Source: Arenicellales bacterium (GTDB taxonomy: Bacteria > Pseudomonadota > Gammaproteobacteria > Arenicellales > JAJDZL01). Taken from it: 24,000 bases of DNA. Of this stretch, positions 18,301-24,000 are shown in pieces. The DNA lies in the NCBI GenBank assembly GCA_963663095.2, contig CAXXJB010000001.1, positions 1,355,203 through 1,379,202 on the forward strand, read 5' to 3'. Made by a program: the position numbers and the translations under genes. How positions within the stretch are numbered: the stretch's first letter is position 1; every line of letters starts with the position of its first letter. The notes beneath the pieces are model-generated. The model made no database searches. It was not told the DNA's origin and worked only from the letters and a program-made list of their open reading frames with translations.

Positions 18301-18435
18301 ATGAAACGTACCTTTCAACCGAGCAATTTGAAAAGAAAACGCAAACACGGGTTTCGTGCCCGCATGAGAACCCGTGGCGGTCGGGCCGTAATCAATGCAC
18401 GACGAGCGAAAGGCCGCTCAAGGCTCAGTGCATGA
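18301..18435 (+). CDS. rpmH: 50S ribosomal protein L34
   Basis: [44 protein letters not shown], 44 aa, is the canonical L34. The track ORF starting at 18247 is an upstream TTG extension. Confidence 0.97.
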   Translation: MKRTFQPSNLKRKRKHGFRARMRTRGGRAVINARRAKGRSRLSA

Positions 18436-18796
18436 TAAAAATTCATCGCCGAGAGGACATTGCTTTCCAGGAGGCCTTAGATTAAAGCGGCGCGGTGACT
18501 ATCGGACGGTTTTCCAAAAGAACAGGCAGGTTTCAAACCGGTATTTTCGGGTTCTGGTGCACGGCGAACCGAACCGAACAGGTCCACGTCTCGGAATCGT
18601 TGTTTCTCGCCGAGTATCTAAAAAGTCAGTTGAGCGAAATCGAATCAAGCGTCAGATACGTGAGTGTTTCAGAACCCATCAACATCATTTGATTTATCGC
18701 GACATGGTGATCATCGCGCACCATGCTTGTGTGTCGGCACCAAATGCTGAATTGCGCAACAGACTGATCAGACTATTCAAACAGTTGGAAAATTGA
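18428..18796 (+). CDS. rnpA: Ribonuclease P protein component
   Basis: [44 protein letters not shown] (the RNR motif) and the 122-aa length from GTG 18428 match RnpA. This start overlaps the rpmH stop by 8 nt. The track start at 18395 lies inside rpmH. The start is uncertain. Confidence 0.88.
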   Translation: MHDKNSSPRGHCFPGGLRLKRRGDYRTVFQKNRQVSNRYFRVLVHGEPNRTGPRLGIVVSRRVSKKSVERNRIKRQIRECFRTHQHHLIYRDMVIIAHHACVSAPNAELRNRLIRLFKQLEN

Positions 18797-19020
18797 GAAG
18801 AATTCTTGTTTTGGCCATACGTGGCTACCAATATGTAATCAGTCCGCTGTTCGGTCCGTGCTGCCGGTTCCACCCGACATGTTCCAGTTATGCGGTTGAG
18901 GCGATCAAGAAGCACGGTGCGTTGAAAGGATCGTTCCTCACGGTTTGCCGAATCGGCCGATGTCATCCTTGGCATCCGGGTGGTTTCGATCCGGTGCCGG
19001 AGGCCGGTGAAAATAGCTGA
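18793..19020 (+). CDS. yidD: Membrane protein insertion efficiency factor YidD
   Basis: [62 protein letters not shown] supports the call. The TTG start overlaps the rnpA stop as TTGA. Confidence 0.92.
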   Translation: MRRILVLAIRGYQYVISPLFGPCCRFHPTCSSYAVEAIKKHGALKGSFLTVCRIGRCHPWHPGGFDPVPEAGENS

Positions 19021-20729
19021 TGGACTTCAGACGTGCACTACTGTCCATTTCACTCGGGCTGATCTTGCTGCTGATTTGGCAGGCATGGCTGGATTTTCAG
19101 CAAAAGAAGGAGCAGATCACGCCGGTCGTCCAAACTGATTCCACCCCGGGTGTTCCGACATCACCGTCCTCCACGGGCCAGCCTCAGACTGCCGCAATCG
19201 GCGAAGTTCCTGAAACACCTACCGCTCCAACAGCAACAGCGCCGACTGCTGGCGTTCCAACGGCCAGTTCTGTGCTGGAATCAGCGCAACGCATCAAGAT
19301 CCAGACCGATCTTCTGAAAGTGGAGATCGATACTTACGGCGGTGAAATTCGAGAAGCGAAGCTGCTTGAATACCCGGTCGAGGTTGATATGCCGGATGTC
19401 CCGTTTCGACTGCTGACGGATACCGGGCCTGGAATCCTGGTGGCACAATCAGGCCTGGTCGGAACGGGCGGCGAGTTTCCGAATCATAAAACGGAATTTA
19501 AGGCTGAAGCGGAATCCTATGAACTACTGGATTCAGATAGTTCGCTTGAAGTGCCTCTTCGCTGGACATCGCCCGACGGCATAAACTATTTGAAAACATT
19601 CACTTTCTATCGAGACAGCTATCTGATTGATGTTGATTTTACGGTCGACAACAGAAGTGGAAAGCGATTGGAAACCTATCAGTATGGACAATATCTGAGC
19701 ACCGAGTATGTCGAGGAATCCGAGGGATTTTTGTTTTTCAAGGCCTTGCCGAGCTACAAGGGGGCGGCGCTTTACACGCCCGAGAACAAGTACGAAAAGA
19801 TAGATTACAAGGAAATACGAAATGACAGTCCGGTGTTCGAGACGAATTCCGGATGGGTGGCAATGCTGCAGCATTATTTCATGACCGCGTGGCTGCCTTA
19901 TGAAAACGCACCGTATGAGTTTTATACCAAGCCGCTTCATGACGCAAGCGGGCAGACACGCTATCTGGCCGGCTATGTCACTCGTACTCCAACGATTGTC
20001 GAAAACAATTCTGTCGGCACACTGCGCACCCAGATCTATGTCGGGCCGAAAGAACAGGACAGAATCAAGGATCCGTCCGAAGGCCTGATACTGACGGTCG
20101 ATTACGGTTGGCTGACACCCGTATCTTCACCTCTTTTCTGGATTCTGCAGAAAATCAACGACGTAATAAAAAACTGGGGATGGTCAATCATTCTGCTGAC
20201 ACTACTGGTCAAAATTGTGTTCTATCCACTGTCGGCTGCCAGCTACAAGTCCATGGCGAAAATGAAGAAACTCCAGCCGAGGCTGAAAACTCTTAAAGAA
20301 CGATATGGCGATGACAAGCAGAAGCTGAATCAGGAGATGATGCAGATCTATAAGAAAGACAAAATCAATCCGCTTGGCGGCTGTCTTCCGATATTGATCC
20401 AAATTCCAGTTTTTATCGCTCTTTATTGGGTCTTGCTGGAAAGTGTCGAACTTCGTCAGGCACCGTTCATTTTCTGGCTTGACGATCTTTCGCGCGCAGA
20501 CCCTTACTATGTGTTGCCGGTGTTGATGGGAGCGTCGATGTTTGCACAGCAGTTCTTGAATCCGACTCCGTTGGATGCGCTTCAGAAAAACATCATGATG
20601 AGTCTGCCGATAGTATTTACCTTTTTCTTTCTGTGGTTTCCGTCTGGTCTTGTGCTTTACTGGCTCATCAACAATGTCCTTTCAATTGCACAGCAGTGGT
20701 ACATCACCAGAAAGTTGGCAGCGATCTGA
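19020..20729 (+). CDS. yidC: Membrane protein insertase YidC
   Basis: 569 aa with an N-terminal TM and a large periplasmic domain. The conserved C-terminal core is GWSIILLTLLVKIVFYPLS..SYKSMAKMKKLQPRLK.LKERYGDDKQKLNQEMMQIYKK.KINPLGGCLPILIQIPVFIALY. The ATG overlaps the yidD stop as TGATG. Confidence 0.96.
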   Translation: MDFRRALLSISLGLILLLIWQAWLDFQQKKEQITPVVQTDSTPGVPTSPSSTGQPQTAAIGEVPETPTAPTATAPTAGVPTASSVLESAQRIKIQTDLLKVEIDTYGGEIREAKLLEYPVEVDMPDVPFRLLTDTGPGILVAQSGLVGTGGEFPNHKTEFKAEAESYELLDSDSSLEVPLRWTSPDGINYLKTFTFYRDSYLIDVDFTVDNRSGKRLETYQYGQYLSTEYVEESEGFLFFKALPSYKGAALYTPENKYEKIDYKEIRNDSPVFETNSGWVAMLQHYFMTAWLPYENAPYEFYTKPLHDASGQTRYLAGYVTRTPTIVENNSVGTLRTQIYVGPKEQDRIKDPSEGLILTVDYGWLTPVSSPLFWILQKINDVIKNWGWSIILLTLLVKIVFYPLSAASYKSMAKMKKLQPRLKTLKERYGDDKQKLNQEMMQIYKKDKINPLGGCLPILIQIPVFIALYWVLLESVELRQAPFIFWLDDLSRADPYYVLPVLMGASMFAQQFLNPTPLDALQKNIMMSLPIVFTFFFLWFPSGLVLYWLINNVLSIAQQWYITRKLAAI

Positions 20730-22075
20730 TCGTTGAAGCCGATACCATTGCGGCGATTTCTACCCCCGCCGGCATCGGCGGCATTGGAATAATAAGAGTA
20801 TCGGGGTCGAAGGCATCTGATTTCGCGCATGCCGTAACTCGCAAAGCCGTCATTGCGAGACAGGCAATGTTCACAGGATTCTTCAACGACGGTGGCGAAC
20901 TGATTGATGAAGGCGTTCTTCTCTTCTTTCCGTCGCCCGGGTCCTACACCGGTGAAGACGTATGCGAATTCCACAGTCACGGAAGTCCTGTCGTGCTCAA
21001 TTTGCTCTTGTCAAGGTTGCAGGAACTCGGTGCAAGACTGGCGGACCCCGGAGAATACACACGAAGGGCATTTTTGAACGGCAAACTCGACTTGGCTCAA
21101 GCAGAAGCTGTCGTTGATCTGATCAACAGTTCAACAGCCGTGGCTGCGCAATCTGCCATACGCTCCCTGAGCGGGGAGTTTTCTGAGCGGGCGCACAAGA
21201 TCGTGGAAAAAATTGTCAATCTGAGGGTTTTCATTGAGGCCGCAATTGATTTCCCGGAAGAAGAAATTGATTTTCTGGCGAATTCAGATATTGCAGTGGC
21301 AATAAAACAAATCAGGCATGATTTGACAGAACTGATTGATCAGTCATCTGCTGGCAGCCTGTTGCGCGAGGGTATTACGGTTGTGATCGCAGGCCGTCCA
21401 AATGCAGGAAAATCTAGTCTTTTCAACCGGTTGGGAATGCAGGACCGTGCAATCGTGACACCGCATCCCGGAACAACCCGTGACACAGTGGATGTTACTG
21501 TCGACGTAAACGGACTGGCGGTTCGGCTGATCGATACTGCCGGATTGCGGGACATTTCCGACGAAATTGAAAAGGAAGGTATCTCACGCACAAGACAAGC
21601 GGTGCAGTCGGCTGATGTCGTTCTCTATGTCATCGACAGTGAGCAGGGGGTATGTAATGAGGACCTGCAGGAGATTGAGGGTTTGGATTCCACACGTTGT
21701 TCCGTCGTATGGAACAAGACCGACTTGATCGGGGATGCTCGGCCTACACTTTCATCCAAGTCTTTTCATCAGACTCATGTGTCCGCGTTAACTGGTTTGG
21801 GCATGGAAAAAATATATAAAATAATACAGCGGATTGCGGGTTATGAAGTGAATGAAGAAGGACTTTTCCTCGCACGTCGAAGACACCTTTCCGCAATGAA
21901 GCGGGCCGGCGAGTTCGTGGTGCGGGCGCAAGATGCTCTCGTACGGCAGTCGGCAGGTGAACTTGCAGCCCAAGACTTGTGGGATGCGATGAAATCGCTC
22001 GATCAGATTACCGGAACGCCTTCCTCGGACGAATTGCTTGGCGAGATATTCGCTAGTTTCTGCATTGGTAAGTAA
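20696..22075 (+). CDS. mnmE: tRNA modification GTPase MnmE (TrmE)
   Basis: DTIAAISTPAGIGGIGIIRVSG, the G-domain motifs GRPNAGKSSLFN, DTAGLR and NKTD, and the C-terminal FCIGK support the call. I place the start at GTG 20696 (459 aa), overlapping yidC by 34 nt. The track GTG at 20633 is the alternative, and no ATG lies near the conserved N-terminus. Confidence 0.93.
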   Translation: MVHHQKVGSDLIVEADTIAAISTPAGIGGIGIIRVSGSKASDFAHAVTRKAVIARQAMFTGFFNDGGELIDEGVLLFFPSPGSYTGEDVCEFHSHGSPVVLNLLLSRLQELGARLADPGEYTRRAFLNGKLDLAQAEAVVDLINSSTAVAAQSAIRSLSGEFSERAHKIVEKIVNLRVFIEAAIDFPEEEIDFLANSDIAVAIKQIRHDLTELIDQSSAGSLLREGITVVIAGRPNAGKSSLFNRLGMQDRAIVTPHPGTTRDTVDVTVDVNGLAVRLIDTAGLRDISDEIEKEGISRTRQAVQSADVVLYVIDSEQGVCNEDLQEIEGLDSTRCSVVWNKTDLIGDARPTLSSKSFHQTHVSALTGLGMEKIYKIIQRIAGYEVNEEGLFLARRRHLSAMKRAGEFVVRAQDALVRQSAGELAAQDLWDAMKSLDQITGTPSSDELLGEIFASFCIGK

Positions 22076-22147
22076 ACCAGGTAATTGGCACTCTCTCCGG
22101 CTCGAACTGCGATATTGTTCTCCGACTGAATTGGCATCGAACACAAA

Positions 22148-23080
22148 ATGACTAATTTAAGTAAATCCCAGACCATTCTCCTGCAGATGCTGCTCGTATT
22201 GGCGGCGGTCGCTTCGGTTGTAATTTGGCAGTACGACTACTTGGCCGACTTATATATCCGAAACCAGATCACCCGAATCGGCTTGGTCATCAATGTTGCG
22301 ATTGTGGTACTTTTTATTTCAGGTCTTTCGCAGTTGATTCGGCTGTTCTTTCTGTATGATCGGGAGGAGAAGGCACTGCAGCAGTTTTCTGACGCGATTT
22401 CGTCGGAAGATGTGGAGCAGAAACTCAATCAGCTATCCGAGAGCACCATCATCGGACAACGATATCGGATTGTGAGCGATTTTTTCAGTGCCCGCGCTGA
22501 GTTCAATCACAACGCGCTTGCCGCAACGCTACTTGCACACGAGACCAGCCGCACCAGTTTCGCTAAGTTTGTCAACAACATACTGATACTTACGGGAGTA
22601 TTCGGAACGATAATTTCGCTGACTGTGGCACTTCTGGGAGCGTCGACAGCGATTTCCGATACCAATAGCCTGCGAGGTATTGATATTGTCATTCACGGCA
22701 TGTCGACAGCGTTGTCCACTACCATGACCGCGATTCTGGCCTATTTTCTGTTCGGCTATTTTTACCTGAAGTTGCTCGACACCCAGTCTTACATCCTTGG
22801 AAAGATTGAACACGTAACAGCCACAGTATTGATTCCACAGTATCAGGCGGCTACCCGTTCACCCGAACAGAATTTAAACGCGATGCTCGCCGGGACAGTT
22901 GAAACAATCGAGAAATTTGACACTTTCATTCGTCAAATTCAGGAAATCAGTGCCAAGCAGGACGAGGTATTCACCAATTTTGAGAAATTGACCGACCAGA
23001 ATATGCATCTGCTAACGGATATTCGCGGCATATTGCGTGCTGGATTCAGATTGCGCGACGAGTCTGACGAAGAAAACTGA
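22148..23080 (+). CDS. MotA/TolQ/ExbB-family proton-channel-like membrane protein (stator A-subunit-like) with a charged helical C-terminal tail
   Basis: 310 aa with four hydrophobic segments at about residues 10-27, 44-68, 146-168 and 178-208. The last two carry ILILTGVFGTIISL and GMSTALSTTMTAILAYFLFGYFY. By eye these align with the LLGLLGTVWGI and GIAEALLATAIGLVAAIP blocks of ExbB/TolQ/MotA. A tail of about 95 aa, rich in E, Q and K, ends in DESDEEN. Confidence 0.65.
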   Translation: MTNLSKSQTILLQMLLVLAAVASVVIWQYDYLADLYIRNQITRIGLVINVAIVVLFISGLSQLIRLFFLYDREEKALQQFSDAISSEDVEQKLNQLSESTIIGQRYRIVSDFFSARAEFNHNALAATLLAHETSRTSFAKFVNNILILTGVFGTIISLTVALLGASTAISDTNSLRGIDIVIHGMSTALSTTMTAILAYFLFGYFYLKLLDTQSYILGKIEHVTATVLIPQYQAATRSPEQNLNAMLAGTVETIEKFDTFIRQIQEISAKQDEVFTNFEKLTDQNMHLLTDIRGILRAGFRLRDESDEEN

Positions 23081-23097
23081 CCCCGGAGGGGAAGGAC

Positions 23098-24000
23098 ATG
23101 ACTTGGAATACTGGCGGATTCGTTGATCTTCGCGTTCATCGGGCATCTGAAGCCAGTCACTCAGACGATAGCATATGGCCATCATTCACGGACATCATGA
23201 TGGTGATCGTGATGATATTTCTGATGGCTTCCGTCATATTCATGCTACGAAATGTTCAATTGGGTAAAGATCTGCAGTCATCCCTCTCGGCTGAAAGCGA
23301 CGCGACCCAGGAAATCCGCTCACTTCAAGAAAGAACTGCCTATCTATCTGAAATCATAAAACAAACAGAACAACGAGTAGTCGATTCTGAGCGCCTCAGG
23401 AAAGAAACAAGCAAACTCGCCGAGCAGCGCGGTACCCGAATTGCTGAGCTCGAATACGAGACCGCCGATCTTTATCGCACACAGGCGCAGTTGACTTTGG
23501 AATTGGAAGGTCTCAACACTCAACTCAGCGAGTCTCGGGTCGAACGTGCGCAACTGACCGAACGTATCACATCAATGAACTCGATTATCGCGGACTTGGA
23601 GTCTGTCAGTGAGAGCAAGACGACGGCCCTGGCTACTCTGCAACAGAACTTCGACCAAAAGCTGATTGAGCTTCAGACCGTAGAATCAAACCTTGAGGAA
23701 AAACAAATTGAAATCGCAACCCTGCAGGATTCCTTGGAAAATCTGCGAGCGGTTGAACTTGAACAACAAAAAAACATCGTGGAATTGATTGAGACCCGGA
23801 TGGCATTGGAATCAATAAGCGAACTACAAAAATCACAAATAACTCAATTGGTTCAATTACATACTGAACTTGAACAGCAGTCTGAAAAGCAACAGTCAGA
23901 GATTGCCCAACTGACAGAAAGACAAGAAGAGCTGCAATCGCTGAGCGAGGAACAGGTCACACGCATCGCGACGCTTCTTGAGAATCGCGGACGACTTGAG
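23098..24000 (+). CDS. MotB-like stator B-subunit-like protein: N-terminal TM with conserved Asp followed by a long coiled coil; 3' end runs off the window
   Basis: Absent from the ORF track because it has no stop in the window. GGAGG at 23086-23090 lies 7 nt before ATG 23098, and the frame is open to 24000 (301 aa). Residues 26-50, IWPSFTDIMMVIVMIFLMASVIFML, resemble the MotB/PomB/ZorB W..(F/Y)(A/T)D(L/F)MT...FF TM. Its Asp is at residue 32 (codon 23191-23193). From about residue 60 onward the sequence is heptad-like and rich in L, E and Q (LQERTAYLSEIIKQTEQR...LQTVESNLEEKQIEIATLQDSLENLR...QLTERQEELQSLSEEQ). Confidence 0.65.
   Translation, partial: MTWNTGGFVDLRVHRASEASHSDDSIWPSFTDIMMVIVMIFLMASVIFMLRNVQLGKDLQSSLSAESDATQEIRSLQERTAYLSEIIKQTEQRVVDSERLRKETSKLAEQRGTRIAELEYETADLYRTQAQLTLELEGLNTQLSESRVERAQLTERITSMNSIIADLESVSESKTTALATLQQNFDQKLIELQTVESNLEEKQIEIATLQDSLENLRAVELEQQKNIVELIETRMALESISELQKSQITQLVQLHTELEQQSEKQQSEIAQLTERQEELQSLSEEQVTRIATLLENRGRLE

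Noticed and set aside
19116-19274. Pro/Thr/Ala-rich low-complexity tract (TPGVPTSPSSTGQPQTAAIGEVPETPTAPTATAPTAGVPTASS) after TM1 of YidC.
   Set aside because: E. coli YidC also has a low-complexity Q/T/A-rich linker at the same position, so this is a normal variable linker rather than a novel feature.
1-24000. A scan for CRISPR arrays, IS elements or transposases, integrases, prophage genes, toxin-antitoxin pairs and rRNA/tRNA genes.
   Set aside because: I saw no regularly spaced direct repeats, no terminal inverted repeats flanking genes, no recombinase-like translations and no structured RNA gene signatures. Apart from the stator-like pair at the right end, the window reads as core chromosome.

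Overview
This window is mostly housekeeping chromosome from a Gram-negative, gammaproteobacterium-like genome, centred on the replication-origin neighbourhood. From left to right it holds: priA (minus strand, C-terminus off the left edge), a fructosamine-kinase-family protein, a zinc-ribbon Nudix hydrolase, an AEC-family permease and coaX. Next is a two-gene minus-strand operon encoding a secreted MhpD/FAH-like protein and a degenerate sugar-nucleotidyltransferase-like protein. Then come a PEBP/YbhB-like protein, mlaA, apaH and apaG, followed by gyrB, dnaN and dnaA on the minus strand. An 806-bp AT-rich non-coding gap follows, then frmA-fghA (glutathione-dependent formaldehyde detoxification) and rpmH-rnpA-yidD-yidC-mnmE on the plus strand. 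I saw no rRNA or tRNA genes, CRISPR arrays, transposases or integrases. The only region not explained by well-known families is the right end (22148-24000). It encodes a MotA/ExbB/TolQ-like channel subunit and a MotB-like subunit: an N-terminal TM with the conserved Asp, then at least 240 aa of coiled coil running off the window. This is an orphan stator-like pair with no flagellar, Tol, Ton or recognisable Zorya partners in view. Secondary points are the atypical origin synteny (no recF between dnaN and gyrB; frmA-fghA wedged between dnaA and rpmH), DnaA boxes in a long dnaA-dnaN spacer, an acidic insertion in DnaN, and the apparently non-catalytic two-gene operon. All family assignments come from reading motifs in the translations by eye; no database search was run.
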